NCBI GenBank assembly: GCA_001871495.1 | Contig: MNVG01000007.1 | Span: 4,322-68,321, forward strand | From: Candidatus Micrarchaeota archaeon CG1_02_51_15 | GTDB taxonomy: Archaea; Micrarchaeota; Micrarchaeia; Norongarragalinales; UBA8480 | Reading direction: 5' to 3' | Length of the DNA stretch: 64,000 nt | Shown: positions 38,708 through 47,262 of the stretch, piece after piece | How positions within the stretch are numbered: the stretch's first letter is position 1 | How the letters are laid out: every line of letters starts with the position of its first letter | Translations under genes and position numbers: made by a program | The notes under the pieces: model-generated | What the model was told of the DNA's origin: nothing | Database searches by the model: none | Seen by the model: only the letters and a program-made list of their open reading frames with translations

Positions 38708-40384
38708 TTAAAAGAATTCATCCATCTTAAGCTGGCCTTCTTTTTTCCCGAGTGGCTTTTCGACAGGTGCATCACCACGCGAAGCCGGCGCAACCGCGGT
38801 TACAACCGACTCCAACTGTGCAGCTGCAACGCCGATTTCGTCCTTCATTTTCTTAAGCAACCGCTTCATCTTGCCTTCCTTTCGTTTAGACACCCAGTAG
38901 AATGCCTCGTCCTTAGTCCCTTTGGCAACTATACCCGTTACTTTGCCTGCTTTAATACGACCTGCGCGTCCCCTGCGCTGAATCAACCTAACCTCGGAGG
39001 GAACTGCCTCAAAAAAAATCACTTCATCAACCGAAACCACGTCCAGCCCTTCTTCCGCAACAGACGTTGCAACCAATACGTTGAATTCCTTTGCACGAAA
39101 CGAGTCAAGCAAACCGATTTGCTGTTTTTGCTTCATTCCGTCGTCTCCCGAACGGCCGACTAAAAGCCGCGCGTCCACGCCCGGCAACGAATTAAGTTCC
39201 TTCAAAAGTTTCTTGGCAGAATCACGGAAATGCACGAAAACAATCAAAGTTTTTCCAGTTGAAGCCGCTTCGCCGACAATCTGCTTCAAAACCGCAATCT
39301 TAGGGTGCTCGATTTCCTGCTTCTCAATAAGAGAATGGCAACGGCCGCGTAATACGGCAATACGCGGGTCGGTTGAAAGCCGCACCACTGCCTTCGAAGG
39401 GTTCTTGCGCGTAAGCAAGCCGTCCAAAAAAGACAGCAACGCGCTTATACCCTGGCTTTCAAGCAAGTCCAAGCCATGCATCAAGTTCATTGCGCGAGCA
39501 AGTTCGCTCAACGCACGGTAGGAAGACGGAATACGGCGCCGCATTTCCGACTGCAGCAGCAACAACTGGCGCTTGTTAGGCTCTTTCATAACCGCCTCAT
39601 AACCCAATCCCTTGAGGTTGGAAATGCTTTCGGACAACAGCCCCCGCAACACGCGGCTCAATTCCTTCATTTCTTCAGGCAATTCCACGAAAACCGTGTC
39701 CACTTCAACATCTTGAACAAACCCCGCCACTTCCTCGTCCGACTCGTCTTTCACTTCCAGCCACTTCACTGCCAGAAGTTCCCTCATTCCCGAAATCCTG
39801 GCTCTCTCTGAAGACGGCGACGCAGTCAAACCAAGAAGCAATATAGCCGGGTTCTGCCTCGCTTTTTCGGCAATCGGCACGTAAGCGTAATCGCCAGCCA
39901 TGCGGTGAACCTCGTCGAAAGCAATGAACGCATACTGAAAAAGGTCCAACCCCCGCTTTCGAACGTCGTTGTTCACACACTGCGGAGTTGCACAAACCAC
40001 TTGCGCCTTTTCGTAAACCGCCTTCCTTTCTTCAGCAGGCATTTCCCCGGTAAGCAACTCAACACTGCCTTCGAGTTCCAATGTTGCTTTAATACGCTGC
40101 GCCTGCTGGGCAGCCAACGGCTTAGTGGGAGCCAAAAACAACAACTTGGCGCAAGGGTTGCGCTTAAGCACGCCCGCCATCACCAGCAACGCAACAAACG
40201 TCTTACCCAACGCAGTGGGCATTACCACCAACGCATTGCCTTTCTCAAGAATGTTACGCGCGGCAGTCAACTGGTATTGCCGCGGCTGCATCGCCCCCTT
40301 TTGCAAAGGCAGGCCTTCAAAAAACGCCGCTGCATCCCCTTCCAAACCCAAACAAGAGCCCTCCTTCTCCGAATTCACAGACAA
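38708..40384 (-). CDS. Hef-type DEAH/DEAD-box helicase (Hef helicase half)
   Basis: ALVVMPTALGKT Walker A, FDEVHR box II, helicase C domain, and Hef-like insertion domain. 558 aa. TAA stop, then a 39-nt gap before the nuclease gene. Confidence 0.8.
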   Translation of the reverse strand: MSVNSEKEGSCLGLEGDAAAFFEGLPLQKGAMQPRQYQLTAARNILEKGNALVVMPTALGKTFVALLVMAGVLKRNPCAKLLFLAPTKPLAAQQAQRIKATLELEGSVELLTGEMPAEERKAVYEKAQVVCATPQCVNNDVRKRGLDLFQYAFIAFDEVHRMAGDYAYVPIAEKARQNPAILLLGLTASPSSERARISGMRELLAVKWLEVKDESDEEVAGFVQDVEVDTVFVELPEEMKELSRVLRGLLSESISNLKGLGYEAVMKEPNKRQLLLLQSEMRRRIPSSYRALSELARAMNLMHGLDLLESQGISALLSFLDGLLTRKNPSKAVVRLSTDPRIAVLRGRCHSLIEKQEIEHPKIAVLKQIVGEAASTGKTLIVFVHFRDSAKKLLKELNSLPGVDARLLVGRSGDDGMKQKQQIGLLDSFRAKEFNVLVATSVAEEGLDVVSVDEVIFFEAVPSEVRLIQRRGRAGRIKAGKVTGIVAKGTKDEAFYWVSKRKEGKMKRLLKKMKDEIGVAAAQLESVVTAVAPASRGDAPVEKPLGKKEGQLKMDEFF

Positions 40385-40477
40385 AAGCGGCGCAAGGTTT
40401 TAATAAATCCCGCGCTCTTGTCTTTCTTACAAGCAACAATCTTGTTGCAATCACGTATATTTTAGGTAGGTGTAAAA

Positions 40478-40678
40478 ATGACCGACATCCCATTAGCACC
40501 CGTTGAACGCCTCATCCGCAAGGCAGGAGCAGAGCGCGTAAGCACAGACGCGACAGAAGCCCTAGCCGACGTCCTCGAAGAAGTCGCCTCAGACATCTCC
40601 CAAAAAGCAGTACAACTCGCCAAACACGCGGGGCGCAAGACCGTAACCGCCCAAGACATCAAGCTCGCGGCGAGATAG
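40478..40678 (+). CDS. archaeal histone (HMf-like)
   Basis: 66 aa. [32 protein letters not shown]...[19 protein letters not shown]. Confidence 0.9.
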   Translation: MTDIPLAPVERLIRKAGAERVSTDATEALADVLEEVASDISQKAVQLAKHAGRKTVTAQDIKLAAR

Positions 40679-40685
40679 CTCCCCT

Positions 40686-41407
40686 AATTCTTGGCAGGCG
40701 GCTTGCGCAGGATCATAAAGTGCACGCCATAATCCGCGCTTTCTGGCTCGGAATATTTTTCTGCAATTTTCTTAAAGCGCGCGCCAATCCGGGCCGCTTT
40801 TTCGCTATTTAGGTCAAACCACCCTTTTAGACGCCATCCCGCACGCAAACCCATTTTTATTAGCGAATGTTCTACGCCTTATTTTTCAACTTACAACCCG
40901 CTTTTGGCAATGCTATCCTTTATTACGCCCTCGTTTCTGGCCAGGACATTCTTCAGTTCTGATGGAAATTTTTCTATCCCTAAACTACCCGTCAGACGTA
41001 AGTGCTGATCCATGGCAGCAACCGACGATAGCGAGCCATTCAGTAATAAATGCCCCGCATCCCACATTGAGTAAACCCTGCCGTTCGACTCAAGCACTTC
41101 TGAAACCGCTTTCCAGCCACGAGGATCGCCGCTCATGTCACTCATATAACCACTAGGCACGACCAATTATATTTCGTGAAACTTTTTTCCGCCCGCGATT
41201 TCCTTTAACTGCTCATCCAACCTTGAAAGACTAGCAAAACTCAGGCGCCCCTCATGGAAAGACTCATTAAAATCAGGATGCTCCACCCCGCTGTAAGAAC
41301 GATCAAGCAACGCGTCAACTCCCACATAATCTATCCAATGGAAGGAAAACCTCTTCGCAACCGCGTGCCGAATCCTCGCGTCCCGCAGCCCAAATCGAGT
41401 ACCCGGA
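40686..41407 (-). pseudogene. class I SAM-dependent methyltransferase gene disrupted by stops/frameshifts
   Basis: Minus-strand pieces: MVSREEKVIRVLDLGCGTRGFG then stop; IDYVGVDALLDRSYSGVEHPDFNESFHEGRL... in a second frame; VVPSGYMSD... in a third. No intact ORF above 91 aa. Confidence 0.45.
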
Positions 41408-41496
41408 TTACTTTCTCTTCACGCGACACCATGCGGCGATTAGTTCGGCTACCTTTAAATTAATCGGCTACCTGCCAATTGCAGGCATAATCCAAG

Positions 41497-42948
41497 GTGA
41501 TGCATTTGGCAACGGGAGACGCAAGACAGTTTTTGAAGACACTTAACGACAAGCAGAAGGCCTACGTGGACTTCGGCCTGAAAAACCCGCGCAACGGCGA
41601 GTACATGCTCACTGCCTTCAGGCTGGTTCCAGGCCGCGGCCTTAATTTCCTGCAAGCAGCCGCTGAAATAGCCGCCGAGTCGTCCACCGGAACCAACTTC
41701 AAGGTTCAAACAGAAACCGCATTCTCGCGAGAAATGAACGCCCTCGTTTACCAAGCCGACTCCAAGCGAAACCTTGTTTGGATTGCGTACCCTTGGCGGC
41801 TGTTCGACCGCCGCGGAAACGTCCAAAACATCCTCACTTACTTAGTCGGAAACGTTTTGGGAATGAAGGAAGTCGACGGCCTCAAGCTGTTGGACGTGTG
41901 GTTTCCACCTGCGATGCTCGAACAATACGACGGACCAAGCTACACGCTAGACGACATGCGCAAGTACCTGAAGGTCTATAACCGCCCCATTTTAGGCACA
42001 ATAGTAAAGCCAAAGATGGGCTTGACTTCCGCAGAGTACGCCGAAGTATGCTACGACTTCTGGGTCGGCGGAGGCGACTTCGTAAAAAACGACGAGCCGC
42101 AAGCCGACCAGGACTTCTGTCCCTATTACAAAATGGTCAAACACGTCAAGCAGGCGATGGACAAGGCAATCAAAAAAACTGGGAAGAAGAAAGTGCATTC
42201 GTTCAACGTGTCGGCAGCCGACTGCGACACGATGATAACGCGGTGTGAAATGATTCGCAACGCCGGCTTCGAACCAGGAAGTTACGCCTTCCTCATAGAC
42301 GGAATAATGGCAGGCTGGACCGCAGTCCAGACGCTGCGGCGGCGTTATCCCGACGTGTTCATCCACTTCCACCGTGCAGGGCACGGTGCGTTCACGCGGC
42401 CCGAAAACCCGTTTGGTTTTTCCGTGCTCGTACTCTCCAAGTTCGCGCGGCTTGCAGGCGCTTCAGGAATCCACACTGGCACAGCAGGCGTAGGCAAAAT
42501 GAAAGGCACCCCCGAAGAAGACGTGGTCGCAGCACACAACATACTGCACTTCAAAGACAAGGGCCACTTGTTCGAACAGGAATGGAACTTGATCCCCGAA
42601 AACGACAAGAACGCAATCGAACTGGTCCATTTGGACTTAGCACACCACGTCATCCTCGAAGACGATTCCTGGAGGGGAATGAAGAAGTGCTGCCCAATTG
42701 TTTCAGGCGGATTAAATCCCCTGCTGCTCAAGCCGTTCATTGACATGATGGGAAACACGGACTTCATAACAACAATGGGGGCCGGCTGCCACGCGCACCC
42801 TGAAGGAACCAAAGCAGGTGCAACTGCACTAGTTCAAGCCTGCGACGCCCAGCAAAAAAGAATACCCCTCGAAAAATACGCTAAAACTCACAAGGAACTT
42901 GCAACGGCAATAAAGTTTTTTGGAAAGAAAAAACGCAGGCCGGAATAA
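41497..42948 (+). CDS. rbcL: ribulose-1,5-bisphosphate carboxylase/oxygenase large subunit, form III (archaeal)
   Basis: AAESSTGT, GTIVKPKMGLT, GGGDFVKNDEP, HFHRAGHG and GGL motifs. No small subunit gene adjacent. 483 aa. Confidence 0.9.
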   Translation: MMHLATGDARQFLKTLNDKQKAYVDFGLKNPRNGEYMLTAFRLVPGRGLNFLQAAAEIAAESSTGTNFKVQTETAFSREMNALVYQADSKRNLVWIAYPWRLFDRRGNVQNILTYLVGNVLGMKEVDGLKLLDVWFPPAMLEQYDGPSYTLDDMRKYLKVYNRPILGTIVKPKMGLTSAEYAEVCYDFWVGGGDFVKNDEPQADQDFCPYYKMVKHVKQAMDKAIKKTGKKKVHSFNVSAADCDTMITRCEMIRNAGFEPGSYAFLIDGIMAGWTAVQTLRRRYPDVFIHFHRAGHGAFTRPENPFGFSVLVLSKFARLAGASGIHTGTAGVGKMKGTPEEDVVAAHNILHFKDKGHLFEQEWNLIPENDKNAIELVHLDLAHHVILEDDSWRGMKKCCPIVSGGLNPLLLKPFIDMMGNTDFITTMGAGCHAHPEGTKAGATALVQACDAQQKRIPLEKYAKTHKELATAIKFFGKKKRRPE

Positions 42949-42998
42949 ATTGTGGAACAAGGTTGCGCAATTAATATATACGCCAACCGTATAATTAT

Positions 42999-43808
42999 AT
43001 GCAACGCCTTAAGCTAAACGGAATGGCTATTTTAACTTTTGTATTAGCCTTGGCTTTTGTTGCGACTGCAGGCGCCGCCGAAGTGCGGATTGCATCCGAA
43101 ATAAGTGCAGGCAGCCACAATGCGTACGTGTTCGAGGCAGGCGCACCTGCTTCTGGCAGCGTAGATTTCGTTTCGCCTTCCGGAGACGTTTTTGCGCGCG
43201 AATTGGATTCCAACGGAGCGGCCGAGTTTTACTTCGATTCAGTCGGCGCTTGGAACGTGCGTTACGGCAACGTTTCTGCTAAAACGGAAGTAACGCAAGC
43301 CATGGTTTTTGCTTCAAGCGGAAATTATGCAACGCCAATTACGTTGCAATCCGCATCCAAAGAAACCGCGATTAAACCAGTTGCTGCCGAACTTTCGTTG
43401 TTTTCTAGCGATTCATTTTTATGGCCTGCATTGTTTTTCGCATTGCTGGGCGCAACTGCATGGTACTTCTTTGGGTACTCGGTTTTGAAAATAAGTAAAA
43501 AAGCAACCGAAGACAAAGTGACCATAATAGTCGAAAACAGGGGGCCTTCACTGAAGGAAGTTATCTTGACCGATGTTGCCCCCGAAGGAACGCGGACAAC
43601 CTTTTTTTCAGAGGTTCCCGAAGTAAGCGAAACCGTGTTGGGAAACTGCTTCCGTTGGAAGAAGGCATTGCTGCGAAACGGAGAAGCCTGGAAGATAAGT
43701 TACAAATTACAGGACGCTAAGGGCGTGTTGCGCAACGCTTTGATTGTCGGAACCGCAGTAAACGGAAGGGTTTTCAAAGCGGCAAGTACCGAATTAGAGT
43801 TGGATTAA
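42999..43808 (+). CDS. secreted/membrane-anchored protein (signal peptide + one TM), hypothetical
   Basis: N-terminal signal ILTFVLALAFVATAGAA and internal TM FLWPALFFALLGATAWYFF. 269 aa. Confidence 0.45.
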   Translation: MQRLKLNGMAILTFVLALAFVATAGAAEVRIASEISAGSHNAYVFEAGAPASGSVDFVSPSGDVFARELDSNGAAEFYFDSVGAWNVRYGNVSAKTEVTQAMVFASSGNYATPITLQSASKETAIKPVAAELSLFSSDSFLWPALFFALLGATAWYFFGYSVLKISKKATEDKVTIIVENRGPSLKEVILTDVAPEGTRTTFFSEVPEVSETVLGNCFRWKKALLRNGEAWKISYKLQDAKGVLRNALIVGTAVNGRVFKAASTELELD

Positions 43809-44613
43809 ACACTGTTTTTTTTTTCGTTGTTGCCTTAATTGCACGCTTCCATTCGTCGCTTAATAAAGTCAGTTCTTCAACTGCAAGCGAGCAGGCCCGA
43901 CGCTCGGAGAGGGAAAGCTTGGCAACGGCTTTTTTGATTTCTTCTTTTCCGAATCCGAAATTTCCCGCAGAGTGCATTAAGGCGTTGCGCACGGTTTGGT
44001 TCTTGTGCTGAAACAAAGAGTTTATCAACGCGGCGTCAAGCTTATTGACTTGCGAAGCCCTTTTTTTCTCAAGCAGTACTATTGCCGAGTCGACGCGCGG
44101 CGAAGGCGAAAAGCACGACGCGGGGACGAACGAGATTATGGAAACCGAAGCATTGTTTTGTGCAAGCACGGACAGACGCGAATACTCCCGAGAGTCGGGT
44201 TTGGCAACTAGGCGCTGTGCAAATTCTTTTTGCACCATAAGTACTGCAAACGGACTGTTGCTCTCGATTATCTTAAGCAATAGCGGAGTCGAAATATTGT
44301 AAGGAAGGTTGCCGAAAACCGCGTCGTAACCGCTGAATTCGGAATACAGTGCGTCGGCACGTACTATTTCCACGTTATCGAATTCCAAAACGCTCTGCCG
44401 CAGTTCCGGAATGAGCCTAGCATCGACTTCAAGTGCAGTTACTTTTTTTGCGCGCGCAGCAAGGAAGGCAGTAAGAATTCCGGTTCCCGCGCCTATTTCA
44501 AGCACGTTCTTTCCGTCCAATTCTATTGTTTCTGCTATTTGCTCGGCAACTGACTCGTCATCTAGAAAACATTGTCCGAAACGCTTCAATGGTCTGAACT
44601 GCATTTTAATCAC
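43774..44613 (-). CDS. ksgA: 16S rRNA (adenine1518/1519-N6)-dimethyltransferase KsgA/Dim1
   Basis: FGQCFLDDESVAEQI, VLEIGAGTGILT (motif I), and NLPYNISTPL. Confidence 0.88.
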   Translation of the reverse strand: MIKMQFRPLKRFGQCFLDDESVAEQIAETIELDGKNVLEIGAGTGILTAFLAARAKKVTALEVDARLIPELRQSVLEFDNVEIVRADALYSEFSGYDAVFGNLPYNISTPLLLKIIESNSPFAVLMVQKEFAQRLVAKPDSREYSRLSVLAQNNASVSIISFVPASCFSPSPRVDSAIVLLEKKRASQVNKLDAALINSLFQHKNQTVRNALMHSAGNFGFGKEEIKKAVAKLSLSERRACSLAVEELTLLSDEWKRAIKATTKKKTVFNPTLIRYLPL

Positions 44614-45037
44614 TTTCCAAAACTACAAGCAAGAGGGCACAGAAGCCTATAAGTTCGAACATTATGGTGGCCGCGTCAAAAGAAAGGGATAACCCAACCT
44701 GACTAGTAAAATCGAAGGAAACCAATGGAAAAAACAATGGCAATGGCGAATTTAAGTCCAGTGCAAGGTGGAACCACGAGCCGACTAATGCGGCCACAGC
44801 CAATGGAACCCGCGTTTGGCGCGGGAAAAACGCGATGCACATTAATGCAAGCGCAATACCAAACCAAACCGTATGGGCAATGAACCTGCTCGTAGGCGCC
44901 ATTCCTAATAGGTACAACGGTTTGTCGATCAAGTCGGGCAAAACAGAGAACACCGCAGTAGCAAGAAGGGGCAGATGAACGGGCTTGAAGTGTTTTGCAA
45001 AAAAGAGGGTTATCCCGACGTGGGCCAAAGGCAACAT
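44606..45037 (-). CDS. polytopic membrane protein (possible DUF457/YdjM-like hydrolase)
   Basis: 143 aa with four hydrophobic helices and conserved His/Asp positions. Weak assignment. Confidence 0.35.
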   Translation of the reverse strand: MLPLAHVGITLFFAKHFKPVHLPLLATAVFSVLPDLIDKPLYLLGMAPTSRFIAHTVWFGIALALMCIAFFPRQTRVPLAVAALVGSWFHLALDLNSPLPLFFPLVSFDFTSQVGLSLSFDAATIMFELIGFCALLLVVLESD

Positions 45038-45040
45038 GGT

Positions 45041-45610
45041 TTAGTACCTGCGGTCTTCTTCCGTACGTGCGGGCTTGGCGAACAAGTAATACTTGGAAGT
45101 GCCCCTAAGTTCTTCGAATACGCGGTCTGCAATTATTTGTTCCACGCTTCGAATGTGCGTGACGCGGGCTTGAATGTCTTTAAAGCTGGTAAACGGTTGT
45201 TTGGCGCGGGCGTCGAGAAGACTTTGAAGGTGCTTCTTTCCAATTGACGGCAGCATTTCCAGAGAATGGCAACGGATGTTGACTGCTCCGGCACGATTAA
45301 GGAATTGGACGAACTCCGCTTCCCTTGTCCGTATTATTGTCGGAACCACGCGGTGCAATGCATTTTGTGCACTGTTGGTCAAATCGTCGAAAGTTATCCT
45401 TCCTATTATGCGCTCGACTTTTTCGCGTTCGTCACGGCCTAAGTACACCCGCTCGCCCTCGCGTGCCTGCATTCCCTGCTTCAAAGTAACCTCCAGTAAA
45501 GTAAACTGCATTTCACCTACGACCTGTACTATTGCATCGGGCGAAGCTCCTGCTGACCGGCCGTGAGGCAGGAAATCGAGGACTAGTCCATACTCTTCGC
45601 GTTTAATCAT
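45041..45610 (-). CDS. DUF655/COG1491 OB-fold nucleic-acid-binding protein
   Basis: MIKREEYGLVLDFLPHGR N-terminus. Sits in the conserved archaeal rpl21e-rpoF-DUF655-ksgA gene order. Confidence 0.6.
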   Translation of the reverse strand: MIKREEYGLVLDFLPHGRSAGASPDAIVQVVGEMQFTLLEVTLKQGMQAREGERVYLGRDEREKVERIIGRITFDDLTNSAQNALHRVVPTIIRTREAEFVQFLNRAGAVNIRCHSLEMLPSIGKKHLQSLLDARAKQPFTSFKDIQARVTHIRSVEQIIADRVFEELRGTSKYYLFAKPARTEEDRRY

Positions 45611-45665
45611 ATTCCATCGCCCGTTATATGCGAAAAAAGAATTAGCGAGTTTCTCTTAAATAAGT

Positions 45666-46010
45666 CTATCGGTATTCCTTACACGCCGCAATGACTTGCT
45701 TAATTTGCTCGGCTTCAAGCGAAAACCCGTTTTGGAACAACGCAGCCCGGACATCATCGTCTTTGGCAGGCAGCAAGTCGACGACCTTGGCAATCTGTTT
45801 GGCGTCGAGAAAACCCAGTGCTTCGAGCGCCTTTTTGAGTTTCGCGGCATCTTTGGCAGTAAGATGGGCAAATTTTTCAGCGTAATCAAGAGTATTCTGT
45901 TGCTCGTAACTCAACGCGGCATCGCCCTTCTGCCTATTTTTCAGCAAATCCGCTACCTCAACCAAGGTAACGGGCCTCTCGGAAACAGCTTGCATAAACC
46001 AAAACCTCAC
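45666..46010 (-). CDS. rpoF: DNA-directed RNA polymerase subunit F (Rpo4)
   Basis: 114 aa helical protein in the canonical position between rpl21e and DUF655. The VADLLKN...YAEKFAH pattern fits Rpo4. Confidence 0.65.
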   Translation of the reverse strand: MRFWFMQAVSERPVTLVEVADLLKNRQKGDAALSYEQQNTLDYAEKFAHLTAKDAAKLKKALEALGFLDAKQIAKVVDLLPAKDDDVRAALFQNGFSLEAEQIKQVIAACKEYR

Positions 46011-46286
46011 TTAAACCTTCTGCAGGTGCCTGGCCGAAACCACGAACCTCTTCGACTTCTTGATGTCGGTAAGCTCCACGCTGTACGCACGGCCCTGGCG
46101 CCCGACTATCTTGCACAGCCTACCGTTATACCTTAAGGAAATTTGCCCGCCAGGAACCCTGCAGTCAAGCCTAATCCTTACAGTCTCCCCGGTTGCAAAA
46201 TCAGCTAGTTGCCGAGTTATAGGAACCCGACCGCGAAGCTTAAGCCCCCTACTACGTCCCGCGTTATACCCATGAGATCTCTTCAA
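46011..46286 (-). CDS. rpl21e: 50S ribosomal protein L21e
   Basis: MKRSHGYNAGRSRGL... basic N-terminus and SH3-like core typical of L21e. Confidence 0.85.
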   Translation of the reverse strand: MKRSHGYNAGRSRGLKLRGRVPITRQLADFATGETVRIRLDCRVPGGQISLRYNGRLCKIVGRQGRAYSVELTDIKKSKRFVVSARHLQKV

Positions 46287-46314
46287 ATTACAACACCTGC
46301 AAACCTATTTAAAG

Positions 46315-46665
46315 TTGTTACTCGCCAATAGTAGTGATATTACTATGAATGCGGATGACCTGTCGTCTTTGTTAATTGGTTTCCTCATACTTGTATTTAT
46401 ACTTGTTGAAATACAGGGTGCAAGCCCCGCAAGCGCTTTGATAGGCGCGCCAGGCGCATTAGTAGGTTCAATAGGGTTAGTTTTAATAGGATTGGGAAAC
46501 GCAGTTGCCGCCGGATTCGGCTTCCTACTATCGTTTGGATTCGCAGGAGTAATCGCACTAGTCGTAGCACTCTTACTTTTAAAAGACGGCTTCGCACCTG
46601 CATTCAAAGCAAGCCATGTTCTGGCCGTATTGGCTTTTATTGCAATAATGATGCTCGCTTTATGA
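46315..46665 (+). CDS. small Gly/Ala-rich membrane protein, hypothetical
   Basis: 116 aa with three hydrophobic segments. Confidence 0.35.
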   Translation: MLLANSSDITMNADDLSSLLIGFLILVFILVEIQGASPASALIGAPGALVGSIGLVLIGLGNAVAAGFGFLLSFGFAGVIALVVALLLLKDGFAPAFKASHVLAVLAFIAIMMLAL

Positions 46666-46749
46666 CTTTAGGCGGGGTTTAAATAGGGGTTTAAAATACT
46701 AATCGTAAGCATATCTGCTTGAAAATGATGATTTGGAGGGAGTGTTTAA

Positions 46750-47049
46750 GTGGTAGCCAAAAAAGGAAAGACCGCCAAGAAAATCGATACTAGTTTTAAT
46801 GTAGAAAATATAGTTGCAAGTGCGAACCTCAAAGTCGAGCTCGACTTGTTCAACATTGCAATGAACATTGACAACGTAGAATATGAACCGGAGCAATTCC
46901 CAGGCGCTATAATGCGACTCAAAGAAATCGGCACCACGTTGTTGCTCTTCAAGAACGGCAAGGTGATCTGTAGCGGTGCAAAAAACGAAAAACAAATTGC
47001 AGCCAGCATAGCAAAGGCAGTTGAATTACTCCGGGAGTATATCACGTAA
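46750..47049 (+). CDS. single-repeat TATA-box-binding-protein-like protein (half-TBP, 99 aa)
   Basis: GTG start 9 nt after a GGAGGG Shine-Dalgarno-like motif. K-rich N-tail, then exactly one TBP repeat: NVENIVASANLKVELDLFNIAMNIDNVEYEPEQFPGAIMRLKEIGTTLLLFKNGKVICSGAKNEKQ. Flanking genes leave no space for a second repeat. Confidence 0.7.
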   Translation: MVAKKGKTAKKIDTSFNVENIVASANLKVELDLFNIAMNIDNVEYEPEQFPGAIMRLKEIGTTLLLFKNGKVICSGAKNEKQIAASIAKAVELLREYIT

Positions 47050-47097
47050 TCCCGAACTAAACGAATCCTTTTTATACTTCGCGCTTCAGAATAGCTA

Positions 47098-47216
47098 GCG
47101 ACAGCGGTCATAGGAGTGGGGCAAGACCCGTTCCCTTTCCGAACACGGAAGTCACTCCCGCTTACGACTGCGCCAGTACTGTTCTGATGAACGGGAAAAC
47201 CGGTTTCTGCTGTCAC
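47098..47216 (+). rRNA. rrf: 5S ribosomal RNA (stand-alone)
   Basis: GCGACAGCGGUCAUAGG...CCGAACACGGAAGU...GCUGUCAC. Helix I pairing GACAGC/GCUGUC, conserved loop C/helix III motif. About 120 nt. The minus ORF 46746..47216 is spurious. Confidence 0.8.
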
Positions 47217-47262
47217 TCTTTACTAAACTCAACTAGCCTGCGCTCGGCTCGCGCATAAAAAG

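Noticed and set aside
46746-47216. 156-aa minus-strand ORF
   Set aside because: It overlaps the 5S rRNA and is antisense to the TBP-like gene.
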